A stretch of DNA of 64,000 nt from Gammaproteobacteria bacterium (GTDB taxonomy: Bacteria > Pseudomonadota > Gammaproteobacteria > G965277405): positions 640,001 to 704,000 of the forward strand of contig OZ255726.1 of the NCBI GenBank assembly GCA_965277405.1, read 5' to 3'. How positions within the stretch are numbered: position 1 is the stretch's first letter; the number at the start of each line of letters is the position of its first letter. The notes under the pieces were generated by a model, which worked only from the letters and a program-made list of their open reading frames with translations, was not told the origin of the DNA and did no database searches. Shown here in pieces: positions 39,632 to 49,569 of the stretch. Both the position numbers and the translations under genes were made by a program.

Positions 39632-40431
39632 CATCAATATCTATAGCCAACAACTTACCACTTAGCGTAATTGGCGGGATTAATGTTCTTGAGAATTTTG
39701 ATATTGCAGTATCAATAGCTAATTCATTCCAGACTGCATGCGCAAATCATGGGCTTCCATATGTGTTTAAAGCTTCTTTTGATAAAGCAAACCGCTCTTC
39801 AATTCACTCATATCGCGGCATCGGCATCGATGCGGGTCTCCAACTGCTTGAACGAATTCGTAAAGAAATCGATGCCCCAATACTGACAGATGTTCATGAA
39901 GTTGATCAAGCCAAGCCAGTAGCTGAGGTAGCAGATATTTTACAAATCCCAGCTTTTTTGAGCAGACAGACAGATTTAGTCATTGCCATGGCACAAACTG
40001 ACAAAGTTATTAACATCAAAAAAGCACAATACCTTAGTCCACATGAAATGCAGCATATCGTGGAAAAATGCAAGCAAGCCGGCAATCAACACGTCATGGT
40101 ATGCGAACGAGGCACATGTTTTGGCTATAATAATTTAATCGTCGATATGCTCGGAATCGACACATTGCGTAATTCGTTTACCACAATTTTTGATGTTACC
40201 CACGCGCTACAAATTCCAGGCGGTAAAGCTGACGCTGCTGGAGGGCGCTCTAAGCAAACGTTTGCGCTGGCACGCAGTGCTGTAGCGATTGGCATTGCAG
40301 GTATTTTTATCGAATCTCACCCAGACCCGGCTAACGCAAAATGCGACGGACCATCTGCACTTGCGCAACAAGACATTCCTGCGTTAATTCACCAACTTGC
40401 GCAAATCGACACAGTTGTGAAGCAATTATAG
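39607..40431 (+). CDS. kdsA: KDO8P synthase
   Basis: KASFDKANRSS, QIPAFLSRQTD, ERGTCFGY, FDVTH and AKCDG motifs. Confidence 0.96.
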   Translation: MYTQPIKLASISIANNLPLSVIGGINVLENFDIAVSIANSFQTACANHGLPYVFKASFDKANRSSIHSYRGIGIDAGLQLLERIRKEIDAPILTDVHEVDQAKPVAEVADILQIPAFLSRQTDLVIAMAQTDKVINIKKAQYLSPHEMQHIVEKCKQAGNQHVMVCERGTCFGYNNLIVDMLGIDTLRNSFTTIFDVTHALQIPGGKADAAGGRSKQTFALARSAVAIGIAGIFIESHPDPANAKCDGPSALAQQDIPALIHQLAQIDTVVKQL

Positions 40432-40558
40432 ATTTTTTCTAAAAAAATATAGTTTTACTCCGCTGTAAAACTCAATCGAGTTGGCAAAGTTGTATCAAGA
40501 AGTCATAGCAGAGACAAACGTGGACTGCTAGCTAAACAGCAAAGTGGTTGCTGTTTAG

Positions 40559-40852
40559 GGAAGCTCTGATTAAGTCCATGATAGGCGAGACGGAAAAATA
40601 ACGCTGATGATAACTAGACGCAGTGCGCAGATAATACTGGTGGTCTTGTGGGTGCTGCCAAGTGCTGCAACGACGTTAGCGCAGCGTTTTTTCCCGTCCT
40701 TCTGTTGAATATACAACGGTTTGATGGTAGCGGTACTTGCTGTGTTGCATCCCTTGGCGTATATGCTACGGCATGCGCTTAGCGGTTTGCGCCTTGCAAT
40801 CATCAGCAATTGCCATCAAACTCGCTCCATCAGCGAGTTAGTCAGAACTTCC
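40559..40852 (-). mobile_element. MITE copy 6 (294 bp)
   Basis: IRs present (right IR with mismatches); TTAG duplication (40555-40558, 40853-40856). Confidence 0.9.
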
Positions 40853-40889
40853 TTAGCAGACGCGGCTAAAATAGTTGGCTGACCAAATA

Positions 40890-41897
40890 TTAAATAGCAT
40901 CCGCTCGCAACAATTCATCCACCAGTGCAAGCCCACGGTACACAAACCCTGTATACAATTGCACAGCTGATGCGCTGGCTGTAATAAAGTCTTGCATATC
41001 ATCTGGGTTGGTGATGCCGCCAACCCCAATAATTGGTTGGGTGCAGCCGTGGGCACGCAGTTGCGCGATGGCGTGTAAGGCTTTGTTATGAACTGGCGGG
41101 CCGCTGAGTCCGCCTGCTACTTGTGGCACGGTTGTTGGGATAACCGCGCTGTGGTCAATTGTAGTATTGGCAACTATCAATGCTGCGAGGGGAAATTGGT
41201 TGAGCACTGTGACGATTTGCGCAACCGCTGCATCATCTAGATCTGGTGCAATTTTTATGCACACCGGTGCCCCACTGTGTTGGGATTGGATGGCAAACAC
41301 TGGTTCTAGCAGCTTGATAAGGTGTTGTTGCTGTTGTAATTCTCGTAGTTTAGGCGTGTTTGGCGAGGAGATGTTCAGCGTTGTATAATCAGCAATATTG
41401 CGCAGCTGTTGGTAGCATTCGATGTAGTCCTTTGCTGCATCAGCAATATCAGTCGTTGTGTTCTTGCCGATGTTGACGCCGATACAACAATCAGGGTTTT
41501 GTTGTTTGAACGCAGCGACTTTGTTGGCAGTATAGCGCACACCGTGGTTGTTAAACCCCATGCGGTTGATAATTGCCTGATGGTGAGGATAGCGAAATAG
41601 CCTTGGTTTTGGGTTACCTAGCTGCGGTTTTGGGGTCACAGTGCCGACCTCGATAAACCCAAAGCCGCAGGCGGCGAGTGCATGCAAGTAGTCGCCATTT
41701 TTATCAAACCCCGCAGCAATGCCAACGCGATTGCTGATTGCAATGTCAGCAAGCTGCCAAGGGTGTTTTTTTGGCTTATTGCGCCGCATGCGCAACAATG
41801 GCGCAACACTGTTGAGGAGTGCTCCCCCAATCGTGTGGGCTTTTTCAGGCGGCAGTAGGTGGAGTAGTCGAATCATGCGCAGCATTGAGTGTAGCAA
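40890..41897 (-). CDS. pyrD: Quinone-dependent dihydroorotate dehydrogenase
   Basis: AAGFDKNG, EVGTVTP, INRMGFNN, NISSPNTP, KIAPD and GGLSG motifs. Confidence 0.95.
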   Translation of the reverse strand: MLHSMLRMIRLLHLLPPEKAHTIGGALLNSVAPLLRMRRNKPKKHPWQLADIAISNRVGIAAGFDKNGDYLHALAACGFGFIEVGTVTPKPQLGNPKPRLFRYPHHQAIINRMGFNNHGVRYTANKVAAFKQQNPDCCIGVNIGKNTTTDIADAAKDYIECYQQLRNIADYTTLNISSPNTPKLRELQQQQHLIKLLEPVFAIQSQHSGAPVCIKIAPDLDDAAVAQIVTVLNQFPLAALIVANTTIDHSAVIPTTVPQVAGGLSGPPVHNKALHAIAQLRAHGCTQPIIGVGGITNPDDMQDFITASASAVQLYTGFVYRGLALVDELLRADAI

Positions 41898-44385
41898 TAA
41901 GTAGGCGGCGGAGCTGCTGTTGCTGGTCTGGGTCTAACGGCTGCCCATTATTTTTTATGTCGAAAGAATCTTCAATGTTTTCTCCAAGTGTTGAAACCCG
42001 CGCACGTTGAATTGAAAAATTAAGGTCAAAAATAATTTGGGTGACCGCAGCGAGCAATCCGCTGATATTACTGCAGATAAGTTGCAGCGTCGTGCCACCG
42101 TGGGCATTCTCATTAAATTGGATTTTTGGTGTTTTCCAAAATTGTTGTTTTGAACGTTGCACCCAACGCTCGCTAGGACTGCTGCCGTATAGGATTGCGT
42201 TGATGAGTTCCTTGGCAATATCTGGATAGCGTTCTGGGGCAACGGGTCTGTTTGTTTCGTCTAGGACGATGAAAGTGTCATATACTAATCCAGTTGTGCT
42301 GGTAATAATCCGCGCATCTTGGATGTTGAAAGACTGTTTATCGATTGCATAAAAAATATCTCGCAATAATCCGCTGCGATCTTGATGGTGAATGAATATT
42401 CTGGTGGCCCCCAAATTATTATCATGGGTGGCTGAGAATTCTACCAAGGGATACGCGGTCGAGTGAAGAATTTTATCAGTCTGCCAGTGCAAGTTAGAGA
42501 TGGTGTGGTTCAAAAAATACTCTGTAGGTAAGGTATCCCACATTTTCTTAACGGTGCTGTGATGCTGTTTTGGAGTTTTTTCTAATATCGATTTTTTGCG
42601 CGCGATGATTTGCTGGTTGCGGGTATTGGGGATCTCTGTATGTAGATATTTGAGGGTGCTGCGGTATAAATAGTCAAATAACGTCGCACGCCAGCTTGTC
42701 CATAATGTCGGATTGGTGGCGTTGACATCAGCAACCGTAAGAATGTACAAATAATCAAGGTGTTCTTTGGTGCGGACTATTTTGCAAAATTGTTCAATAA
42801 CCCAAGGATCACTGATATCACTGTGTTGTGCCGTATATGAAAACGTCAAATGTTGGCGAACCAGCCACATCATAGTTGCGGATTGTTTTTTAGAATAACC
42901 ATGTTGTTTGGTGAATTTGGCAACATCAACCGCTCCTAGGACACTGTGATCGCCGCCTCTACCTTTGGCGATGTCGTGAAACAGCGCAGCAATTACCAGC
43001 ATATCATAGCGTTCAATATTCCGCATTACCGCGCTTACTAGTGACAATGAATCTTCAAGTTTTTTATCTATTTGTATTTTTTGCAGCATCGCCACAACCT
43101 GTAAGGTGTGGGCGTCTACAGTATAAACATGGAATAAATCATGCTGCATTTGCCCAGAAACTCTGCCAAATGCAGGAATGTAGCGGCTAAGAATACCGTA
43201 CCTGCTCATCAACTCTAAATGATGACTGATGTCTTCTGAGTACAATAAAATTTCAACAAACAATTGGTTGACACGGTTGTTGTTGCGCACAGTGTGGTTG
43301 ATAAGATGCCGCGAGGTAAATAAATGTTGCGCTAGTTGACTATGAATGGCGGTGACTGCTGGGGTTGTTGCCAGATGCCAAAACGCTAACATCAAATTTG
43401 CTGGATCCATTTCTAATAAACGGACGTGGCGAATATTCAGGGTGTTGCCGATGCAATAAAAAATTGCATCAAGATTTTTACGTTGCTGGGGCAATGTTTT
43501 GCGATGTTTATATTCCTCGCACGCCTGAAAGGTATTGGCGTTAATCGCAACGCAGGCGCGTGCGTCTCGATAATACTTTTTCATCATTTGCTCTACCGCA
43601 AGTTGTCGGCCGTCCTGAAAGCCAAACATTGTTGACATTTGCCGTTGGTATTCAAACGAAAGTCTATCATTGCCGCGCGGGTTTTCTGCCAATAAGTGAA
43701 GCCCAAGCCGCAGCATATTGATATTATCCGCAGCAGTATTCAGCCGCTGTAATGCTGCGGGACGAATGATGTTAGCAGTATCAACGTTGTGGAATGTATT
43801 GTGTTGTAACAGCCACAACACTGTTTGCATATCGCGCATTCCACCAGGCGCGTGTTTAATGTTAGGTTCAAGGCTATAGCTGCTGTGAGCAAACTTGGTG
43901 TGGCGCTGGTATTGTTCTGACTGTTTTGCTTGGATGAACTCATCCCAAGACCATGCGCCAATATGAATTTGTTGCCAGTCGATAGTATGCCTGGTTAATG
44001 TTCTAGCGTCGAGCAGCGCAGTTGCAAAGGTGCAATCTGCTGCTGCAGTTTGTTGCAGAGCGGCTGCGTTGATAACGCGCTGGCCAATTTTCCAACCGCC
44101 ATCCCATAATGTTGCGTTGAATGTTTCTACGTGCTTAGCATATCCAGCATCGGCAATAATCAATATATCAATATCAGAACAAGGAAACATCATTCGTTGA
44201 CCATAACCACCTAGGGCGAAAAGTTGGCAAGGGGTATCATGAAGTTGTGCGCGTTGCCACGCAGCACAGACGAATGCGTCTATATGTGCAGCAATAAGAT
44301 ATAGCAGACGTTGGGCGCGTGCGGCAGATGGGCTGCGCCAAAATATTGGCGCTATCCGCTCACGAAGTTGGGATGCAAGACTCAT
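41845..44385 (-). CDS. glnD: [Protein-PII] uridylyltransferase
   Basis: ALGGYG..SDIDIL, EPNIKHAPGGMRD, MQHDLFHVYTVDAH, FHDIAKGRGGDHS and ACT domains; start uncertain (44385 or 44454). Confidence 0.94.
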   Translation of the reverse strand: MSLASQLRERIAPIFWRSPSAARAQRLLYLIAAHIDAFVCAAWQRAQLHDTPCQLFALGGYGQRMMFPCSDIDILIIADAGYAKHVETFNATLWDGGWKIGQRVINAAALQQTAAADCTFATALLDARTLTRHTIDWQQIHIGAWSWDEFIQAKQSEQYQRHTKFAHSSYSLEPNIKHAPGGMRDMQTVLWLLQHNTFHNVDTANIIRPAALQRLNTAADNINMLRLGLHLLAENPRGNDRLSFEYQRQMSTMFGFQDGRQLAVEQMMKKYYRDARACVAINANTFQACEEYKHRKTLPQQRKNLDAIFYCIGNTLNIRHVRLLEMDPANLMLAFWHLATTPAVTAIHSQLAQHLFTSRHLINHTVRNNNRVNQLFVEILLYSEDISHHLELMSRYGILSRYIPAFGRVSGQMQHDLFHVYTVDAHTLQVVAMLQKIQIDKKLEDSLSLVSAVMRNIERYDMLVIAALFHDIAKGRGGDHSVLGAVDVAKFTKQHGYSKKQSATMMWLVRQHLTFSYTAQHSDISDPWVIEQFCKIVRTKEHLDYLYILTVADVNATNPTLWTSWRATLFDYLYRSTLKYLHTEIPNTRNQQIIARKKSILEKTPKQHHSTVKKMWDTLPTEYFLNHTISNLHWQTDKILHSTAYPLVEFSATHDNNLGATRIFIHHQDRSGLLRDIFYAIDKQSFNIQDARIITSTTGLVYDTFIVLDETNRPVAPERYPDIAKELINAILYGSSPSERWVQRSKQQFWKTPKIQFNENAHGGTTLQLICSNISGLLAAVTQIIFDLNFSIQRARVSTLGENIEDSFDIKNNGQPLDPDQQQQLRRLLIATLNAAHDSTTPPTAA

Positions 44386-44594
44386 TGGGTAAATTCTGAG
44401 TACGTAAGGATGTTCTGCTGAAGTCGCTGGTGCAACGTTGCATAGCTGCACCACTTTTTATATATAATTGCTAATGAGGGTTTAAGGTGGCATAGCTCAT
44501 CAGCGGCTAACACAGGCTTTATCATAACACCTTTAATAATCGATTGATATTTCTATAGCATTGGTGCGTGTAGCAAATTCAATAGTAGTGAATT

Positions 44595-44792
44595 ATGCGC
44601 AGATGCCTTCGAGGAAAAGACAAGGTAGACGACAGTGGTGCTGGTATCCGCACATCACAAACCGATCTTGATTTCGGGGTAGGCTATGCTGCTAGTCAAA
44701 CACTGACGCTGAATTTTAACATACGCGCCGATATTAGTAGTGATAATGGTGCTCAAGCTGGGGTTAACATGCTGTATAAACTGGGAGATTAA
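44595..44792 (+). pseudogene. C-terminal fragment of a probable outer-membrane beta-barrel/transporter
   Basis: Alternating beta-strand pattern (DLDFGVGYA, TLTLNFNIRA, AQAGVNMLYKL); no signal peptide or N-terminal part. Confidence 0.45.
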
Positions 44793-44880
44793 CCCTTACA
44801 ACAAGGAGGTGACACTATGGATTTTTTAATGAAAAATATTCTAATTTCTTTATTTTAAGCAAACTATTGAGGAGTTAACA

Positions 44881-45233
44881 ATGTTACGAAAAACTAAACA
44901 CCTAGTTGCTGTACTGCTTGTAGCAGGTTTTGCAGCACAACCTGCATTAGCGCAAAGCTTTAACCAAGACGATATGGACTTTGCTTTTGGTCATTCTGCT
45001 GTTAGCGCTGGTGTGAGCAATATCGCCCTGCTTTCCAGTGGGGCAATGCTGGAAACTGAGGGAGAGTTTGGACCATGGGGCGCTGTTGCTGGTGCAGGTG
45101 TTATGGCCGTTATGCAGGCAATGCCGTAGGTAGTGGTCATTTATCATGGCCTGCTCTGGCTGCTCGAATAACTGGCTTAACTGGAATTGCATATGGTGCC
45201 GCATCTACAAAGAATGGTGGTGGGACTAACTAA
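44881..45233 (+). pseudogene. Secreted Gly-rich bacteriocin-like precursor, frameshifted near 45102
   Basis: GAGGAG RBS; Sec signal (..AAQPALA); pro-region ending LLSSGAMLETEG; Gly/Ala-rich core continues in another frame (YGRYAGNAVGSG..GLTGIAYGAASTKNGGGTN*) to 45233. Confidence 0.6.
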
Positions 45234-45576
45234 CCGCAATAACAACCCTTCTCGACAAAATTGTACGGGAAGGGTTGTTACTGATAATAAATTTTATAAT
45301 AAATATTATTTTTTAACGTCAGTGTTGATTATTACAGTCTATCTTTTTGTTTATTTTTTGGACAATTATCCAGATTGGTTGATAATAACGCATGTTGTTA
45401 TTAATACAATATTAGTTATTTTTGGCACAATAGCATATAAAAATCCTACATATAATGAGTTCTGCAGGATGTGCGTAAAACCAAGCAATATATATCAAAA
45501 GATATTTAGAATATTCGGATTTACATGGATGTTTATTGCCTGTTTATCGTTGAATATTTTTGAATCAAACACATAA
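45187..45576 (+). CDS. Small AT-rich membrane protein (possible immunity protein); true start probably near 45275
   Basis: About 3 hydrophobic segments; very low GC; directly follows the precursor. Confidence 0.5.
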   Translation: MHMVPHLQRMVVGLTNRNNNPSRQNCTGRVVTDNKFYNKYYFLTSVLIITVYLFVYFLDNYPDWLIITHVVINTILVIFGTIAYKNPTYNEFCRMCVKPSNIYQKIFRIFGFTWMFIACLSLNIFESNT

Positions 45577-45589
45577 AATTATGATTATA

Positions 45590-46138
45590 ATGGATATTGT
45601 TAATGTTATTATCTTCAAACCTGAAGATATATCATATTATAACAAATACACTTTTATTCAAATATTTCTAATGGTTATTATTATATTTCTAGTGGTTATT
45701 ATTATATCATCAGTTATTTCATTGTCGCCGACTGTGCCATCAACCCATATGGTTGTCTCTTATAGTTATTCGTTAATTATTAATTTTATGTCGATAATTA
45801 TCGCGGCACTATTCATACATTTTTGGGTTAAGATAAAGAAGATAGAAACTTCGTTTAAATCAATTTTATGTCTGACAAGTTTCGTCTCTATCATTGATAT
45901 TTTATTGGGGCCAATTGGATTATTAATAATATTATTTGAGTCAAAATTTTTATATAGTTTTGTAGTTATTGCTGCAATTTTATCTATTGCAATTGCTGTT
46001 GTGGCTTTTTCTAAAAGCACTGGACTAAGTAAACGTTTTATCTTTTTAGGTGTGATACTAGGCACTGTTTTTATTAAATTTTTGGCTAGTTTAGTAATGA
46101 CTTTGTTCTTTACAACCGAGATAATCCCTGTTGTATAG
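45590..46138 (+). CDS. AT-rich multi-pass membrane protein (Yip1-like topology)
   Basis: About 5 TM segments; lies between the precursor and the C39 peptidase. Confidence 0.55.
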   Translation: MDIVNVIIFKPEDISYYNKYTFIQIFLMVIIIFLVVIIISSVISLSPTVPSTHMVVSYSYSLIINFMSIIIAALFIHFWVKIKKIETSFKSILCLTSFVSIIDILLGPIGLLIILFESKFLYSFVVIAAILSIAIAVVAFSKSTGLSKRFIFLGVILGTVFIKFLASLVMTLFFTTEIIPVV

Positions 46139-46150
46139 CCCAAAAAAACG

Positions 46151-46801
46151 ATGCTAAAAGCTTGTCTGATTGTTATTTTAGTAATTGCTAACTTTAAGGT
46201 CTTTGCTGCTGCTGTCCACCTTAATTACTACAACAACTAGCGCAGATGTTATAAACTCAACATGGAAAGAAATGCGTGATAAAGGCGTAGAAAAACAAGA
46301 CTTGGATTACCTTGTGGCTTAGCAGCAGCAGCAGCTATACTACGTTCTTTTTATTGCAAAGATGGATATGAAAAAGAAATTCTTGATGAGGTGATAAGGG
46401 TAGGAGACGATGGCAGTGCTTCGTTTGCAGACCTTGAGCAGGCAGTTAAGAAATTTGGTTTTAAAGCCGTTGGTTTAACCCTCAGTTTTACAAAGCTTAC
46501 AAGTATTCAAATCCCCGCGCTTGTTTATCTGCGTTACCGCGATACAGACCATTTTTCAGTGATTCGTGGGGTTAATGAGCAGGGTCTAGTTTGGTTGGGT
46601 GATCCAGCTTGGGGGAATCGTAAGTTTTCAGTGAGCAGATTTAAGTCGATGTGGGACACCCGAGACGACGACACCTTAACAGGGAAAATACTTTTGATTA
46701 TTCCAGAAAATAAAGCGTTAGCACCCATGCATCCAGAATTTTTTAAGTCACCACAAACCAATTCAACAGCTTACGATACGAAAATAGTATTTGTTGCATA
46801 A
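46151..46801 (+). pseudogene. Stand-alone C39-family cysteine peptidase, frameshifted
   Basis: Signal-like N-terminus; WKEMRDKGVEKQDLDY-[S]CG broken by a frameshift near 46310; SFADL, HFSVIRG and LGDPAWGN motifs in ORF 46391-46801. Confidence 0.8.
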
Positions 46802-46814
46802 GGAACCTCTGATT
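46802..46814 (+). repeat. Solo IS5/MITE terminal inverted repeat
   Basis: GGAACCTCTGATT directly after the C39 stop codon, with no element body. Confidence 0.55.
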
Positions 46815-46833
46815 TGCTGTTAGAAATGCAATA

Positions 46834-47163
46834 CTATGGTGATTCAGTTGGTGCGGCTGCGCTTGCTAATAGCGGTTGCAGCTCTCCAGATTGGTGCATT
46901 TCATATACAATGTCGCTACCGCCAAGCAACTCACCATTTGCCCACAGTTGTGGAAACGTCGGCCAGTTGGCAATTGATGGTAATGTTTTCCGTATTTCAG
47001 GTTGTTCTAGAATATTTACATAGGCGAATTTGCAACCACATTCGCTGAGAATTTCTACAGTTCGAGCAGAAAAGCCACACTGTGGCGCGTTCGGCGTACC
47101 CTTCATATATAGCAGAATTGGGTTTTCTTGTATTTGTTGCCGAATTGATTGTTCAATGTTCAT
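46834..47163 (-). CDS. grxD: Monothiol glutaredoxin (Grx4)
   Basis: LYMKGTP, PQCGFS, WPTFPQL and GGSDI motifs. Confidence 0.95.
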   Translation of the reverse strand: MNIEQSIRQQIQENPILLYMKGTPNAPQCGFSARTVEILSECGCKFAYVNILEQPEIRKTLPSIANWPTFPQLWANGELLGGSDIVYEMHQSGELQPLLASAAAPTESP

Positions 47164-47245
47164 TGTTACTCCAAGATAATATGTTGATTGCACTAAAATG
47201 TATCGCTTGCTATGTTCTATGCATATAACTTACTATAGTACTACG

Positions 47246-47584
47246 ATGCCAAAAATTCAAATTCTTCCACATCCAACTGTCTGCCCAGCTGGGGCGAGCA
47301 TCGAAGTGGCAACTGGAACTACTGTTCTTGACGCAGCGCTTTCACAGGGGATTTTTATTGAACATGCGTGCGAGAAATCGTGTGCGTGCACCACATGCCA
47401 TGTGATTGTTCGTGCAGGCTATGAATCGTTGGATGAAGCATGTGAAATTGAAGAAGATATGCTGGATAAGGCATGGGGGCTAGAAGGGAATTCGCGGCTG
47501 AGTTGTCAGTGTCAAATAATACACGAAGACCTGATCATTGAGATCCCAAAATATACGCTGAACCAAGTCAGCGAAAAAAGATGA
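47246..47584 (+). CDS. fdx: ISC-system 2Fe-2S ferredoxin
   Basis: IEHACEKSCACTTCH, EEDMLDKAWGL and SRLSCQ motifs. Confidence 0.95.
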   Translation: MPKIQILPHPTVCPAGASIEVATGTTVLDAALSQGIFIEHACEKSCACTTCHVIVRAGYESLDEACEIEEDMLDKAWGLEGNSRLSCQCQIIHEDLIIEIPKYTLNQVSEKR

Positions 47585-47775
47585 ATTGGACAGATATAAT
47601 AGATATTGCGATTGAGCTTGAAACATTGCACCCAGATATCGACCCGCAATGGATTAACTTTGTTGATTTACGCGACAAAGTTGTAGCTATACCTGGGTTT
47701 GTCGGCACGACCGATGGATGCAATGAACGAGTACTTGAAGCGATACAAACGGCATGGATTGACGAGCGGGAATAA
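47581..47775 (+). CDS. iscX: Fe-S cluster assembly protein IscX
   Basis: WTD..IAIEL, FVDL and ERVLEAIQTAWIDE; follows fdx. Confidence 0.92.
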   Translation: MNWTDIIDIAIELETLHPDIDPQWINFVDLRDKVVAIPGFVGTTDGCNERVLEAIQTAWIDERE

Positions 47776-47789
47776 AGCGACTATAAACA

Positions 47790-48060
47790 AGCGAGTTTGC
47801 CTGCAATGGCTGATAGTTGTAAGGTGCAAACCGCTGGGCAAACCGTTGCGGATACGCCAAGGGATGCTACACAGTAAGACAGCAAGTGTGGTTGCCGCAA
47901 GCCAAGAGTGTCTGCAATAGGGGTAGAGGAAAACGCTGCTAAATCGTTGCAGCACTTGATAATAGCCACCAAGACCCACTAGTGTTATCTGCAGAAAACG
48001 TTTAAGTTTCATCAGCGTAGTTGCTGCGTATCGCCTATCATGGCATTAATCTTAGCTTCC
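47790..48060 (+). mobile_element. Old, diverged MITE copy overlapping the 3' end of the DsbA-like gene
   Basis: GCGAGTTTGCCTGCAATGGCTGAT..CGCCAAGGGATGC..TCGTTGCAGCACTTGATAATA..ATCATGGCATTAATCTTAGCTTCC followed by CTAA. Confidence 0.7.
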
Positions 48061-48769
48061 CTAACTCCCGCTCAGTGAGTTTTTTTAATGCGACAAACAT
48101 ATTAGGAATGGAGCCAGATATTTTATGATTGACGGCAAATTGACCATTTACTACAAACATTTGTCCAGATATTTTCCCCATATCTATAATATTTTTTGCA
48201 TGCGTCATTAAATGGGTTACTTGCTCCGATTCAAACATCTTCCTGTATTCAAACGTATTGACACCATACACTCTAGAAAAGTGGTTGATAATGATGTTAG
48301 CATCATTTAGTTGCACGTTGCGTTGATGAATATCATGAAATGTTTCAACATGCGCGGTTGGTAATAGTCCCAAAACTTGATTGGTATAAAATGCGCGCGC
48401 TTGCAGATCCCATATTTGATTGTTTTGTAGAGGAATAAGCTGCACGTTGACTGGTTTATCGTAAAATTCATTTTTAAACAGATTGAAATAATGCTGCGCT
48501 GCGTTTGATGTCGGGCTGCCGTACCAAAAAAACTCTATAATGTCGACCATGCCGAGTTTACTCGGTGTTGTGATTGGTTTGCTATACCTGATAAATGGAA
48601 TGTTTGCTCCAATCGTGTCAACAGATATTGTGGCCAGGATACTTGGGTCAACCTTTTCATGGTCATAATAGCTGCTGGCGTTACGATTGAAAACGAATAC
48701 AGCTGTGATAGCAGCCGCTGCAATGAAAGCAAGTATTGAAACAATAGCAATTCGATTCTTAATGAGCAT
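48038..48769 (-). CDS. DsbA-like thioredoxin-fold protein lacking CXXC (SPTS), N-terminally membrane-anchored
   Basis: IIEFFWYGSPTS, ARAFYT, FHDIH and FVVNG motifs; divergent from engB. Confidence 0.75.
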   Translation of the reverse strand: MLIKNRIAIVSILAFIAAAAITAVFVFNRNASSYYDHEKVDPSILATISVDTIGANIPFIRYSKPITTPSKLGMVDIIEFFWYGSPTSNAAQHYFNLFKNEFYDKPVNVQLIPLQNNQIWDLQARAFYTNQVLGLLPTAHVETFHDIHQRNVQLNDANIIINHFSRVYGVNTFEYRKMFESEQVTHLMTHAKNIIDMGKISGQMFVVNGQFAVNHKISGSIPNMFVALKKLTERELGKLRLMP

Positions 48770-48877
48770 ATCTTGGCTAGTTGGTAGTATTTTTGTACTA
48801 ATATATGCCCTTTTACAGCTAAAAGGGATATGTTTCAATTTTTCCAGAACATATTTTTTAGATAATCAGAGGGTTGC

Positions 48878-49495
48878 ATGAGTTTTAATTGGTCGGCGGA
48901 ATACGGAGGAGCAGCGTTCACTTTAGCGCAATTACCGCCAGATTTTGGTAAAGAAATAGCCTGTGCAGGTCGGTCAAATTCTGGTAAGTCCAGTATTGTG
49001 AATGCGGTGTGCAATAACAAAAAACTGATGCGCATCAGTCAGACACCTGGATGCACTAAAGCTTTTCACTTTGTCGATATCCATTTACCCAATGTTGAGT
49101 TTGTAGCAGGGCGGATTGCAGACATGCCAGGACTTGGCTATGCCAAGGCTTCTAAAAAGCAGCGTAGGCAGTGGAAGATTGATATCTTCAATTATCTTGA
49201 ATATAGGCAGTCATTGGTTGCGCTTTGGTATGTGCTCGACTGTAGACACGGTGCCCAGCGCGTTGATGAACAAATGCTAGAATGGCTACAAGAGAGCAAT
49301 TGGCCGGTTTCAATGCTATTATCGAAGTCCGACAAGGTTTCTAAGAACCACCAAGCTGCAATGCGCGATTCTATCACACGTCAATTTGGTTTTCCAACAT
49401 TCTGCATTTCCGCAAGAAAATTATTAGGAATTGCAACGTTGCAAGCGCAGGTGAGTGATGTTATGAATAGCGCCGTTGAAAGCAAAAATCTTTAG
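48878..49495 (+). CDS. engB: Ribosome biogenesis GTP-binding protein YihA/EngB
   Basis: GRSNSGKSS, SQTPGCT, DMPGLGYA and SKSDK motifs. Confidence 0.92.
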   Translation: MSFNWSAEYGGAAFTLAQLPPDFGKEIACAGRSNSGKSSIVNAVCNNKKLMRISQTPGCTKAFHFVDIHLPNVEFVAGRIADMPGLGYAKASKKQRRQWKIDIFNYLEYRQSLVALWYVLDCRHGAQRVDEQMLEWLQESNWPVSMLLSKSDKVSKNHQAAMRDSITRQFGFPTFCISARKLLGIATLQAQVSDVMNSAVESKNL

Positions 49496-49541
49496 CATTT
49501 GATTTAATAACAGGTCCATGCAAAATAAAGTGGAATAGTGC

Positions 49542-49569
49542 TTGAGTTGTAGCAAGTTGCCGATAGTAT
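49542..49569 (+). promoter_or_regulatory. Candidate rRNA promoter
   Basis: TTGAGT-N16-TAGTAT followed by a GC-rich discriminator. Confidence 0.45.
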
